DNA of 30,730 bases, taken from positions 1 to 30,730 of IMG/VR virus record IMGVR_UViG_3300033508_000303. One strand, given 5' to 3'. This document shows positions 17,431 through 26,555 of this stretch, piece by piece. The translations under genes were made by a program, and so were the position numbers. The DNA is from a virus. Its lineage: Duplodnaviria > Caudoviricetes. Numbering within the stretch: the stretch's first letter is position 1; every line of letters starts with the position of its first letter. The notes under the pieces are model-generated. The model did not search any database. It saw only the letters and a program-made list of their open reading frames with translations, and had not been told where the DNA came from.

Positions 17431-17774
17431 TCTGCGTTGACGCTGATGGCGGCCTCAATCAGGGTGACGGCGTCGGCCAGGTCAAGCTTGGCTAAGGTGT
17501 CTTGTGGCTGGCGGGTGGCTATGGCCAGCGCGCTGATACAGTGTTGCCCGTGCAGAGCCACCAGGCCCAGCCAGTCTGGCACGGCTTGCGCCATGGTGAG
17601 CTGCAGCGCCCGGCCCATGGGGGCAATGGCGGCTGTAAAGGCGGGCAGCTCCCCCAGGCGCAGGGGGCTGACGTCGATGTGGCAGCCTATGCCGGGTAGC
17701 CAGACGGCAGTGGGCAGTGGGGGCAGCGCGGCCAGGGCGGCGCTGTCTGGGCTGGTGGGGGTGGGTTGCATCAT
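17304..17774 (-). CDS. Tail assembly chaperone (gpG-like)
   Basis: Lies between tail tube and tape measure genes. VNADFF motif is encoded over a slippery T TTT TTT. Confidence 0.8.
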   Translation of the reverse strand: MMQPTPTSPDSAALAALPPLPTAVWLPGIGCHIDVSPLRLGELPAFTAAIAPMGRALQLTMAQAVPDWLGLVALHGQHCISALAIATRQPQDTLAKLDLADAVTLIEAAISVNADFFTHQVLPRLEQAQTRLSSSSSTWLKPSPGSPAPGTVTPTS

Positions 17775-17799
17775 GGTGTGCGCGCTGGTGGTGGCGGGT

Positions 17800-18555
17800 T
17801 TAGCTGATCAAGGTGATGCGGCCGTATTGGCCCAGGGTGGCGTCATACGGCTTGGTGCTGTCAGCCAGCAGGCTGCCCTCTAACTCAAATTTGTTGAGGT
17901 CATCTGTGATGAGGCCCAAATTTTTGAGCGGGCTGAAGGCCACGCGGTAGAGCTCGATGAGGACCGGTTTGTCGCTGTCGGCAGTGTTGATGCCCTCCAG
18001 GCGCAAAAAGCGCTCAGGCAGCGGGGCGGTAAAGATGCCAATGTCGGTCACAGCACCGTAGGTGTAAGCGGCCTTGATGGGGGCGGTGAAGCCAGTCACG
18101 TCCAGGAAGGTGACGGCACCAAAGTCGGTGTCTTCGGTGTAGTGGGTGCCTTTGACCAAGGCGACTGGGGTGGCGGCGCTGTCCTTGATGACCAGGGCGC
18201 TGACCTTTTGATGTGCCAGAAAGTAGCGGTCGCCCAGGGTGGGTAGCGCGGTGCTAAGGGTCTCGGCGGCGACGATGTCGCCGGTGATGGGGGTGTAGTT
18301 GCCGTACAGGGCCAGGGCCAGGTTTTCTTTGGTGAACTCTTCAATGGTCATGCTGACGCTGGCGTTTTTTTGCTTGACCATGCGCATGTCGAGCCCGCGC
18401 TGTCCGCTAGTGCTTTCGTAGTGCTCCAGCACTTCGGTTTTGAGGTCGAGGTTCAAAGAGGCCACGTTGCCGGGGGTGCGCGCGTTGATGGGGTTGCCGC
18501 TGGCGTCGCGCTTGGCTAGGTAAACGCGGCCTTGGAAGCTTGCATATTGGCTCAT
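17800..18555 (-). CDS. Major tail tube protein (251 aa)
   Basis: FQGRVYLAKR...PGNV...EHYESTSGQR pattern. Canonical position. Confidence 0.85.
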   Translation of the reverse strand: MSQYASFQGRVYLAKRDASGNPINARTPGNVASLNLDLKTEVLEHYESTSGQRGLDMRMVKQKNASVSMTIEEFTKENLALALYGNYTPITGDIVAAETLSTALPTLGDRYFLAHQKVSALVIKDSAATPVALVKGTHYTEDTDFGAVTFLDVTGFTAPIKAAYTYGAVTDIGIFTAPLPERFLRLEGINTADSDKPVLIELYRVAFSPLKNLGLITDDLNKFELEGSLLADSTKPYDATLGQYGRITLIS

Positions 18556-18597
18556 GATGGGGGTCTTTCGGATGGTGGGTGCGGGTGATGGATGGCT

Positions 18598-19050
18598 TTA
18601 GCCTTGGGTGGCTATGTCGGCGCGCTGGGTGCGGTAGGTGATGGTGTAGCGGGCGGGTTGCCACGCCACACTGACCTCAAAGGTTTCGTCGGCCCAGTCG
18701 GTGTCAGCAGCTTGCAGTTTGACGATGAGGCTTTGCAGGGGTTTGTGGCTGTAGAGCGCACTGTGGGCGCTGGCCAGCATGGCGTCTGCTATGGTTTCCG
18801 GCTCGGGCCCACTGGTGCCAGCTTGACGGGCCACGGCCACAACGCGCAGGGTGATCTGGCGTTCGGTGCGGTCGTTGGCTTGGCTGGTAACGGTATCAAG
18901 CTCGGGCAGCAAAACAAGCGCAGGGGTTTGCTCGCGCGTCAAGGGTGAGCGGGGCTTGCGCAGGTAAATGCCGCCATGGCTGGATGCCACGGCTGTCAGC
19001 GCGGTGCCAATGGCCTGCAGGATCTGTTCGCGGATGGAGGTGGCCATCAC
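18598..19050 (-). CDS. Tail terminator/completion protein (gpU-like)
   Basis: SIREQILQAI N-terminus and YTITYRT C-terminus. Located before the tail tube gene. Confidence 0.7.
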   Translation of the reverse strand: MMATSIREQILQAIGTALTAVASSHGGIYLRKPRSPLTREQTPALVLLPELDTVTSQANDRTERQITLRVVAVARQAGTSGPEPETIADAMLASAHSALYSHKPLQSLIVKLQAADTDWADETFEVSVAWQPARYTITYRTQRADIATQG

Positions 19051-19388
19051 AAACGCTCCGTGGCGTTGATCTGCTCCAGCAGCAGCCGGGTGAGGCCTGT
19101 TGTGCCCTGCCCGTCTGGCTCTGCGGCGCGGATGATGTAGTCCACCGCGTTGACGGTGGCCTCCAGCCCCACGGGTGCTGCAGGTAGATGAGCTGTGAGC
19201 ACAGTCAGGCTGGGCAGGCTGGCGTCAAGACTGACCTGGTCAAAAGCGGCGGTGGCGTAGGCGTTGGCAAACATGCCCGACACAGGGGTGCCGTCTATGC
19301 TGGCCAGCACATTGGCCAGCATGGGTACCAGAGCGGCATGCATGTCGGCCAGGGCTTGGGCAAAGATGGGCAGGGGTGCGGCGGGCAT
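19047..19388 (-). CDS. Head-tail joining protein (gpFII-like)
   Basis: 113 aa ending ...EPDGQGTTGLTRLLLE. Follows the capsid gene. Confidence 0.7.
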   Translation of the reverse strand: MPAAPLPIFAQALADMHAALVPMLANVLASIDGTPVSGMFANAYATAAFDQVSLDASLPSLTVLTAHLPAAPVGLEATVNAVDYIIRAAEPDGQGTTGLTRLLLEQINATERL

Positions 19389-19416
19389 GGTGTTTGGCGG
19401 CTACGTTGGTGCGGCT

Positions 19417-20430
19417 TTAGCCCACTGTGGCGCAGGCGCTGGCGTTCACGCGGTAAGGTACCGTGAGCGGCGCGCTTTGCAGCATGAGGTAGCGCACGGC
19501 AGGGTCTTGCTCAAGCCAGCTCTTGGCAAAGTAGGGCACGGCCTGGAAGCCTGCAGCCTCGTCGCGAATGGCTCCGTAGGCGCGGGTGCCTTCCAGGTCT
19601 GGCCCCATGACCAGCACGGTTTTGGTGGGCAGGTAGGGAGTGAGTGCGCCTGTGGTGGGGTGCTCATACCAGCCAGCGTAGACCCAGATGTCAAAGGTAC
19701 CGATGTTGCCCATATAGCGCGCACCTTCGCCGGTGACGGTGGCGTTGAGCTGGTCGGCACCGCGAAAGCGGTCGAGCAGCTTTTGCACTTTGGTGCTGGC
19801 ACTGAAGAGTTTCCAGGCTTCAACGTCCATGACCAGGGTGTTGGCGGCGCTGCCTGATTTTTCGGTGACCAGCATGGACCAGGCTTGCACGTCGTCAAGC
19901 GGCTCTACCCCGGCCTGACCCCAGGCTGCAGCGCCAGACAGGGCAATGGTGAGCGCTGCATCGCGGCCAAAGTTGAGGCTGGCGGTGGGGTACAGATCGC
20001 CCACGATGGTGATGGCACCAGTGCGCAGGGTTTCAATGGCCATGACTTCCTGGCGGCGGGTGAGCATGTCGATCTGGTCAGCCAGGTTGCTGGCCAAGGC
20101 GGCTTGCAGGCGCTGCGCAGGGTTTTGGGTGCCGCCGATTTGCTCGCCAATGACGCGCTTGAAGGGGCGGTTGGAGTCAAAGACACGCTTGTCTTTGATG
20201 TAGGCCGGGGCGAACACCTTGGTGGTGTAGCCTTTGTCAAGTACCAACTGGCCAGCCACGATGGGGGCGACGAAGGGGCTCAGACGACGCCGGCCCGTGT
20301 CGACGTCAAAGTGGATTTCTTCGCTGGTCTCGGTCTGGATGTTGCGAAAGAAGCTGTTGAGGATGAATGGCGCAGGCTGGGGCAGCTCGGCAATGACGGC
20401 GCTCAGGACGGCGGTAGAGTAGATGTCCAT
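19417..20430 (-). CDS. Major capsid protein (lambda gpE family)
   Basis: 337 aa. EEIHFD...RRLSPFVAP and KSW...DPAVRYLMLQSAPL motifs. Confidence 0.95.
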   Translation of the reverse strand: MDIYSTAVLSAVIAELPQPAPFILNSFFRNIQTETSEEIHFDVDTGRRRLSPFVAPIVAGQLVLDKGYTTKVFAPAYIKDKRVFDSNRPFKRVIGEQIGGTQNPAQRLQAALASNLADQIDMLTRRQEVMAIETLRTGAITIVGDLYPTASLNFGRDAALTIALSGAAAWGQAGVEPLDDVQAWSMLVTEKSGSAANTLVMDVEAWKLFSASTKVQKLLDRFRGADQLNATVTGEGARYMGNIGTFDIWVYAGWYEHPTTGALTPYLPTKTVLVMGPDLEGTRAYGAIRDEAAGFQAVPYFAKSWLEQDPAVRYLMLQSAPLTVPYRVNASACATVG

Positions 20431-20469
20431 GGTGGGGTGGCTTTCTGGTTAGGTGATGTTGGGGCGGGC

Positions 20470-20847
20470 TTAGGCGATGGCGCTCACGAGGGTGATGCCT
20501 TTGGCGCGCAGGCCTTCGGTGATGCTGGCTACGGTGTGGCTGGCACCCAGGGTGAGTGCGTTGCTGATGAAGTCGCCCCGGGCATAGGCCAGTGCGGTGA
20601 CGTCACCCGCGCTGGCGTCGGCGGGTTCGGCCAGGATGAGGTCAGGGGTTTGGCTACCGTCGGCGGCGCCAGAGAGGCTGAGGTTGTATTTGCCGCTGGC
20701 GGTGATCTTGCCCAGCACGCTGCCGCGCACGAGGTTTTGGCCGCTGATGATGGTGACTTTGCGGGCCACCAGCAGGTCAGAGTTGCCGTTGATCAGTGCG
20801 TCGGGGGTGTAGGTGCCTTCAGTGGCAAAGGATGCGCGGGTGTTCAT
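20470..20847 (-). CDS. Head decoration protein (gpD family)
   Basis: 125 aa. SGQNLVRGSVLGKITASGKY. Lies between protease and capsid genes. Confidence 0.9.
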   Translation of the reverse strand: MNTRASFATEGTYTPDALINGNSDLLVARKVTIISGQNLVRGSVLGKITASGKYNLSLSGAADGSQTPDLILAEPADASAGDVTALAYARGDFISNALTLGASHTVASITEGLRAKGITLVSAIA

Positions 20848-20886
20848 GGTGCGGGTCTTTCAGGTGGGTTTGGGGTGGCTCAGTCT

Positions 20887-21348
20887 TTAAGCGTGGCTGC
20901 GGTATGAGGCCAAAATGCTGGCGGCCAGGGCGCTGGCTTGGGCGGCTGGGCCGAGTGCGCCAGGGTCTGCAGGGCCTTCAATGCCACTGACTTGCGGGTT
21001 GGGCGTGGCGGCCATGGCGGCCAGGAATGGGTTGGGGGCGGCTGCGCTTGCGCCAGGGGCGGCGGCGCTGAGCATGGCGCTGGCCTGCTCGGCGGTCACA
21101 CCGGTGTCAATGCAGAGTTTGACCAGGCCGGGCTGGGCGCTGGCGTTGGCGTGCGATTGAATGGCGCCAAGGCGGGTGCGCTCGGCGGTGGCTGCGGTGG
21201 CGCTGGCGGTGGCTACCAGGGCGTCGACTTCGTCTTGAGTAAAGGTTTTCATGGTGGGGGTTGGTTGTGCCGCTGGCGTTTGGGTGCTGGTGGCTTGAGG
21301 TTGCGGGGTGGCGGACGGGTGACCGCCGGGGGCGCTGGGTTGGCTCAT
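20887..21348 (-). CDS. Nested in-frame scaffolding protein (Nu3-like, 153 aa)
   Basis: In-frame ATG at 21348 preceded by GGAG (ACCGGAGTATCC-ATG). Ala/Pro-rich with AERTRL motif, as in the lambda C/Nu3 arrangement. Confidence 0.65.
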   Translation of the reverse strand: MSQPSAPGGHPSATPQPQATSTQTPAAQPTPTMKTFTQDEVDALVATASATAATAERTRLGAIQSHANASAQPGLVKLCIDTGVTAEQASAMLSAAAPGASAAAPNPFLAAMAATPNPQVSGIEGPADPGALGPAAQASALAASILASYRSHA

Positions 21349-22293
21349 GGATACTCCGGTTTGAGCTGCTGAAACACGGGCGGTCTGCCCGACTGCGTAT
21401 GTCCGCGAACGAAGCGCGGCCAATTCTGAAATGAGGGTGTCTGCAGTGCTGATGCGGTCTGCCAGGCCTGCGGCCAGGGCGGCTTGGCCCCGGTAGGTGG
21501 CGGCTTGGGTGAAGCGCAGGGCTTCGGCACCGGCAGGATTGGGGGCGGTGGCACGGGCACGGGCTACGGTGTCGATAAAGCTGGTGTAGAGGCTGTCAAC
21601 CTCGGCCTGGAAGTCGGCACGTACAGCAGCGCTCAGGGGCTCAAAGCTGTTGCCGTCGATCTTTTTGGTACCGGCAAAGATGTGGCTGACGCGTACGCCT
21701 TCGTTCATGAGGGCAGCACTCATGTCCACATGGCGCATGACGACGCCAATGGAGCCAACATAGCCGGTGCTGGTGATGACCACTTGGTCTGCGGCGCTGG
21801 CCCCCAGGTAGCCCGCGCTGGCGGCCATGCCGTCGGCAATGGCGTAAAAGGTTTTCTTGCCGCGCAGGGCATAGGCGGTGTCGGCGTATTGGAATGCGCC
21901 TTGGGCTTCGCCGCCGGGGCTGTCCCAGATTTGCAGGATGGCATGGATGTCGGGGTTGTCCATGGCGTCTTGCAAATCTGCCGCAATGGAGTTGTAGCCC
22001 AGCAGGGTGCTGCTGTCGGCTTCCATGCGGGTTTTGTGCACCAGGGCACCGCTGACGTTGAGCACGGCCACGCCGTCAATCACCTGGTAGCCACGGTCAG
22101 CGCGCGGGCCTTTGCGGGTGGTGAATAGCTCGGGCGGGAGGATGGCACTGTCAGCTGCCCCCTGGATGATCTGCGCACCCAGCAGGCGCTGGCCCAGGCC
22201 TGCAATGATGGCGTCAAGCTTTTGCGGGTGCACCAGAAGCGGCACATTGAAGATGCGCGCGGCCAGGTGGGGGTGGGCGGATAGGAAGCTCAT
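20887..22293 (-). CDS. Head maturation protease, S49 family (gpC-like)
   Basis: DSPGG, AASAGY and VGSIGV motifs. Follows the portal gene. Confidence 0.93.
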   Translation of the reverse strand: MSFLSAHPHLAARIFNVPLLVHPQKLDAIIAGLGQRLLGAQIIQGAADSAILPPELFTTRKGPRADRGYQVIDGVAVLNVSGALVHKTRMEADSSTLLGYNSIAADLQDAMDNPDIHAILQIWDSPGGEAQGAFQYADTAYALRGKKTFYAIADGMAASAGYLGASAADQVVITSTGYVGSIGVVMRHVDMSAALMNEGVRVSHIFAGTKKIDGNSFEPLSAAVRADFQAEVDSLYTSFIDTVARARATAPNPAGAEALRFTQAATYRGQAALAAGLADRISTADTLISELAALRSRTYAVGQTARVSAAQTGVSMSQPSAPGGHPSATPQPQATSTQTPAAQPTPTMKTFTQDEVDALVATASATAATAERTRLGAIQSHANASAQPGLVKLCIDTGVTAEQASAMLSAAAPGASAAAPNPFLAAMAATPNPQVSGIEGPADPGALGPAAQASALAASILASYRSHA

Positions 22294-23969
22294 GTTTTTT
22301 GATTGGGTGGTGGTGCGGCGCTGGCGGGTTCTTCAAAGTCGTCATCAGCCTCGGGGCCGGTTTTGTCGGATTTGCCGTCGTCTGGCTGCTGTTGTTGCTG
22401 TTGGATTTGCAGCACAGCACCCAGTGGGGGCAGGCCGCGCTCGCGGCGCATGGCTTGTTCAATGGCTTGTTGGTCAAGCAGCTCTTCGTAGTCTTCGCCC
22501 TGCTCGGCACATTCTTTTTCCATGGTGCTCAAGCCTGCCATGACGCGGATTTGGGCGGCCTGGGCTTCTTTGACGGGATCAACCCAGCCGCGACCGCCAA
22601 AAATGAAGCGGGCGCGTTGGTAGGCGTAGCGGTTTTGGTAGTAGTTGGGGGCTTGCACGTGGCCGGTGCCGACGGCTTCTTCAAGCCAGAGTTCGTAGAC
22701 GGGCTTGAGCCAGGTGTCTATCAGCCAGCGGCGACGGCCATTGAAGTAGCGCCAGGCCTCGAGCATGGAGGCGCGGGCGCTGGAGTAGCTGGTTTTGCTG
22801 AAGTCTTTGAGCAGCAGCTCATAAGGCAGGTTCATGCCTGCGGCGATGTGGCGCAGGGTGGCGAGCATGAAGGCTTCAAAAGCGGGGTTGGGGCGGCCAG
22901 GCGCCACAGTGTTGATGCGGGTGCCGGGCGGCAAGTTGGTAATGGCGCCGCTTTTGAGTTTTTTGGTAAGCAGGCCCGCGGTTTTGGCTTCCAGGCTATT
23001 GCGGGCCCAGGCTTGGCGGGGGTCTTGCCCAAAGAGGGCTGCGGCGCTGTCGCTGTCGAGGTCGGTTTCCAGAAAGGCGGCGACCAGGCTGTTGGTGACG
23101 CTGGCTTGCAGCTCGTTGTGGGCGTAGTCGCCAGCCATGCGGATTTCACGCATGACGGCGCTAACAATGGGTTTGCCACGGCTTTGGCCGGTGCGCTCTT
23201 TGTCGTGCAGGTGGATGACGCGCAAGCGGCCCAGCTCGTTGCGGGCGGGAATGCGCTCCCATTGCATCAGGCCTGCTGTGCTGCCAAAGGCGTAGATGTC
23301 GCCCGGGTGCTGTTTGAGGATGTGGTACGCCACGGGTGCGCCGTAGGCGTTGAATTCGATGCCGCCACGGATATCGCTGCGGTGTGCCAGGTGCAGTGGG
23401 GTGCTCAGGCGATCGGCTTCGATGAGCATGAGGCGGGTGGACCACAGGTTACCGGGCTTGGGTAGCCACAGGGGGAGTGCAATGGCGTCGCCGTTGAGTA
23501 GCGCACCGCCCAGGGCTTGCAGGCTCATGCCCAGCAGGGTGTGGGTTTCTGCGGCGTCACATTCGGTGGTGTCAGACCAGCTGCGGAATTTGGCTTCGGT
23601 GGCGTTGGACCAGTCGCGGGCTTGTTCACGGGTCCAGTCAAGCAGGCGGTAGTCTGGGCTGGCAGACAGGCGCAGTACGCTGCCAATGATGTTGTCGCGC
23701 AGGGTTTGCTGGGCGCTGGCCATCAGGCCATTGTTGCGTCCCAAGTCGCGCGATCGGGCTGTGAGCAGGCCCAGGTCGGGCAGCAGGTCGGCGTCGGCAC
23801 TGTAGGCACCAGGAAGCCAGTCGCTCAGGTTGGGTTCGCTGAAAGATGCGGCGTGGTAGCCAGCCATTTGGGCACCTGCCGGGGTGGCGCCTGTGCTGGC
23901 AGCTTGCGCGGTGGCGACGGTGGCTTTGGCGCTGGCGACGCTGCGGGGCTTTTGGGTGCGGATGGCCAT
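22290..23969 (-). CDS. Portal protein (lambda gpB family)
   Basis: 559 aa. ARSRDLGRNN, GQSRGKP, DFSKTSYSSAR and GWVDPVKE motifs. Confidence 0.95.
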   Translation of the reverse strand: MAIRTQKPRSVASAKATVATAQAASTGATPAGAQMAGYHAASFSEPNLSDWLPGAYSADADLLPDLGLLTARSRDLGRNNGLMASAQQTLRDNIIGSVLRLSASPDYRLLDWTREQARDWSNATEAKFRSWSDTTECDAAETHTLLGMSLQALGGALLNGDAIALPLWLPKPGNLWSTRLMLIEADRLSTPLHLAHRSDIRGGIEFNAYGAPVAYHILKQHPGDIYAFGSTAGLMQWERIPARNELGRLRVIHLHDKERTGQSRGKPIVSAVMREIRMAGDYAHNELQASVTNSLVAAFLETDLDSDSAAALFGQDPRQAWARNSLEAKTAGLLTKKLKSGAITNLPPGTRINTVAPGRPNPAFEAFMLATLRHIAAGMNLPYELLLKDFSKTSYSSARASMLEAWRYFNGRRRWLIDTWLKPVYELWLEEAVGTGHVQAPNYYQNRYAYQRARFIFGGRGWVDPVKEAQAAQIRVMAGLSTMEKECAEQGEDYEELLDQQAIEQAMRRERGLPPLGAVLQIQQQQQQPDDGKSDKTGPEADDDFEEPASAAPPPNQKT

Positions 23970-23985
23970 GCTTTTTTATGCCTGG

Positions 23986-24216
23986 TCAGATGACGTAGAA
24001 CGGGCGGCGCTGCGATGGCAAGCCTTCGCGGCGGTCTAGCTCGGTGTCAATGCGGCTGATTTCCTCACGGATTTCAGCGGTGCGCTGGGTGTATTGCGCG
24101 GCGCTGCCTGCGTAGCTGACCGAGGTGGGTTGCGTCAGGCGCTTTTGCAGGGAGTCGCTTAAAGCGGCCCGTTTGGCGGTGAGTTGTTCGGTGGTGTCGC
24201 GGCTGTAAAGTCCCAT
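23986..24216 (-). CDS. Head completion protein (gpW-like)
   Basis: 76 aa helix-hairpin-helix pattern directly before the portal gene. Confidence 0.75.
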   Translation of the reverse strand: MGLYSRDTTEQLTAKRAALSDSLQKRLTQPTSVSYAGSAAQYTQRTAEIREEISRIDTELDRREGLPSQRRPFYVI

Positions 24217-24242
24217 GGGGATGGACTTTGCCGAGAAAGCGC

Positions 24243-24267
24243 GGACATGTCATGACCTAACATGTCA
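24243..24267. promoter_or_regulatory. Candidate activator site/late promoter
   Basis: GACATG-N11-CATGTC inverted repeat (24244-24266) in the gap between the Mor-like gene and gpW. Confidence 0.4.
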
Positions 24268-24301
24268 CTATTTTTGAGGGGTGCAGACGTGTGCACGGGG
24301 T

Positions 24302-24613
24302 TTATGTTGGCGCAGGGCGCGCAGCGTTGGGACTTTGGTTGATGATGCGGCGCACCTGGCGGGGTGTGAGGTGATGGACGCGTGCCAAGTCGGCAATGTT
24401 GTTGCCGGCAAATTGAGTTCTGATCTGCGCGCTGCGACGCCGGGCCTGGGCCGAGGTCTCGCTGGGGATATAAATTTTTTGCCCGCCGATGCGCTTGACA
24501 AGCCGCTCTACCAGCGATTGGGCAAGATCATCCGGGCAGGTGATGCCAAAGCTGGCCGCTGTGGCGCGGGCTTCAAGAGCAATGATGTCGATGGGGGTGG
24601 TGTCTGTTGGCAT
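24302..24613 (-). CDS. Mor/C-family transcription activator
   Basis: IGGQKIYIP...IRTQFAGNNIADLARVHHLTPRQVRRII: the Mor GG-x-x-x-YIP motif plus a C-terminal HTH. Confidence 0.88.
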   Translation of the reverse strand: MPTDTTPIDIIALEARATAASFGITCPDDLAQSLVERLVKRIGGQKIYIPSETSAQARRRSAQIRTQFAGNNIADLARVHHLTPRQVRRIINQSPNAARPAPT

Positions 24614-24626
24614 GGGTTAGCTTGGG

Positions 24627-26555
24627 TTAGGCGTAGAGGTTGGCAATCTGCTCAGGGTTGTCAAGGTCAATCAGGTCGTTCGCGCTGGCTGCGCTGGCCA
24701 TATATGGATTGGCGTCTGGTTTTTCTTGTATTTGTGCAGCGGGCATAAGGCGGGCTTCTAACTTGTCCCAGTCAGCGCGGGTGTAGCGGTGCAAGCGAAG
24801 CTCGGGGTGGTGAGCGGCAGCGTAGGCGTAAACCCAGGTGTCAAGAGGTTCGTTGCGAGCACCGCGGCGATTGATAAAGCGGTTTTTGGCTGGATCGTAG
24901 GTTTCGCTGACCAGGCCGGGAAAGTATTCAGGAGGTAACTGGTCGCTGAAATGGGTAGTGCGCACGTCTGCACTCTTGTCAGCATCAGTGCTCAGGCGGC
25001 TGTAGAGCCAGTGCTTCACGCCCACAGTGCCCACGTGGTAGATGGTGACGCCGCGTTTGTCGGTCTTGCCGCGATGCGTCACATCCTGCAGCTTACCTTT
25101 GGACAGCACCGGGGCGTTGTTGGGGATGGCGCCAAACACCACCATGGGGCGGCGCACGCGGCGGGAGCGCACAAAAGCCTTGACATCTTCGGTGCGGTGG
25201 CCACCGGCATCATTGGCCATGGCTTCCACGCGCAACACCGCGCCGCTGGCGTGCTGGATGGGGGTGTTGAGCAGCTGGGTGAGTGCGCCCCACACGGCAT
25301 CGTCCGCCGGATCGCCAGGCAGCTCGATGTAGTCCAGTACCCAGAACGCCATGCCACGGCCCCAGCCCACCAGCTGCACGGCCAGGCGGTTGTCTTGCGT
25401 GTCGATACCAGCGGTGATGCACAGCACGCCATGCGGGGCGGTGCGCAGCGGGTAGGCCTCAGCCCGATCGGCAATGGCGTTGTGCTTGACGGCGCGCATG
25501 GCGGCGTCTTCCCAGGGCTCGGCCAGTCGGTCATTGACAAAGGTTTTGAGGCGGCCTGGCTCGGCCTGCACGTCGCGCCAGGTGTCTACCAGGTCAGTCC
25601 AGCGGGGGCCCAGGCCAAACTGGTAATACAGGCAGTTGATGTGGTAGCCACGGATGCGGGCGCCGGGGTTGTCTGGTGCCCACTGGCCAGCGGCGATCAT
25701 GGCCGTCTTGTGGTGTTCTTCAATATCGACACCGCATTCCTGGCATACATACCAGACCCGTTTTCCGTCAGGGGTCCAGTGCAGGCCTGCCCACTGCAGG
25801 TGCTGCATGTGGCCGCAGTGGGGGCACGGCACGTGATAGCGGCGCTGGTCGGACTTGTTCCACAGCTGTTCGATGCGGCTCAAACCCTTGATCTGCGGGG
25901 TGCTGATGTAAAGGCTTTTACTGGTACTGGGGAAGGCACTGGTGCGGCCCTTGAGCATTTCAAGCGGGTCATCGCCGCCGTGGAGGTTATTGGAAAATTC
26001 GTCCACTTCGTCCACGATCATGGTGCGTACGGTGGTGGATTTGAGACGGCTCGGGCTACCCGCGTGTTCCATGTAGAGCTGGCCACCGGCAAAGTCTTTG
26101 AAGGTTTTAGTGTTGGAGCTGTCGCGGCTGGCCACACTGGTGAGTGCGCGCTTGACGGCGTCTGTGTCATCAATCATGGGGTTAAGCTTTTGCGCCACCC
26201 ACTTGTTCATGCTGACCTCACCAGGCAGGCAGACCATGACTGGGCCGGGGTCGTGGTCCATGCAGTAGCCCAGGGCGTTGGCGGCCACTTCGCTTTTGCC
26301 GAACTGGATGGGGAACATGAGCACCACTTCACGCACCGGGCTACGCAGGCTCAAGCAGTCCATGGGCTCCTGCAGCGGGGGGTTGTTGGCGGTGACCCAG
26401 TCACCCGTGATGCTGCTGCCCTTGCTGCTGAGCTTGCGGTTTTTGTCGGCCCACTGGCTGACCGTGAGCGGCTTGCGGGGTGCCAGCGCTCGCGCCAAGG
26501 CGCGAAACCCATACACGTGCGGGTTGGCGTAGGGTGAGGCGCCAGGGGTGTCCAT
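24627..26555 (-). CDS. Terminase large subunit (lambda gpA family)
   Basis: LTVSQWAD, Walker A-like QFGKSE, Walker B IVDEVD, ISTP, CPHC/CQEC, AGIDTQ and NEPLD motifs. Start placed at ATG 26555 (TGATG overlap). Confidence 0.95.
   Translation of the reverse strand: MDTPGASPYANPHVYGFRALARALAPRKPLTVSQWADKNRKLSSKGSSITGDWVTANNPPLQEPMDCLSLRSPVREVVLMFPIQFGKSEVAANALGYCMDHDPGPVMVCLPGEVSMNKWVAQKLNPMIDDTDAVKRALTSVASRDSSNTKTFKDFAGGQLYMEHAGSPSRLKSTTVRTMIVDEVDEFSNNLHGGDDPLEMLKGRTSAFPSTSKSLYISTPQIKGLSRIEQLWNKSDQRRYHVPCPHCGHMQHLQWAGLHWTPDGKRVWYVCQECGVDIEEHHKTAMIAAGQWAPDNPGARIRGYHINCLYYQFGLGPRWTDLVDTWRDVQAEPGRLKTFVNDRLAEPWEDAAMRAVKHNAIADRAEAYPLRTAPHGVLCITAGIDTQDNRLAVQLVGWGRGMAFWVLDYIELPGDPADDAVWGALTQLLNTPIQHASGAVLRVEAMANDAGGHRTEDVKAFVRSRRVRRPMVVFGAIPNNAPVLSKGKLQDVTHRGKTDKRGVTIYHVGTVGVKHWLYSRLSTDADKSADVRTTHFSDQLPPEYFPGLVSETYDPAKNRFINRRGARNEPLDTWVYAYAAAHHPELRLHRYTRADWDKLEARLMPAAQIQEKPDANPYMASAASANDLIDLDNPEQIANLYA

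Noticed and set aside
24947-24980. Illumina adapter contamination (an alternative frame translates as VQTCALPI)
   Set aside because: The DNA (GAGTGCAGACGTGCGCACTACCCATT) differs from the adapter at several positions, and the terminase frame reads through normally, so this is a coincidence.
14314-26537. Long plus-strand ORFs (14314..15420, 19885..20907, 22299..23465, 24951..26537)
   Set aside because: They are antisense shadows of well-supported minus-strand genes in GC-rich DNA and carry no recognisable motifs.
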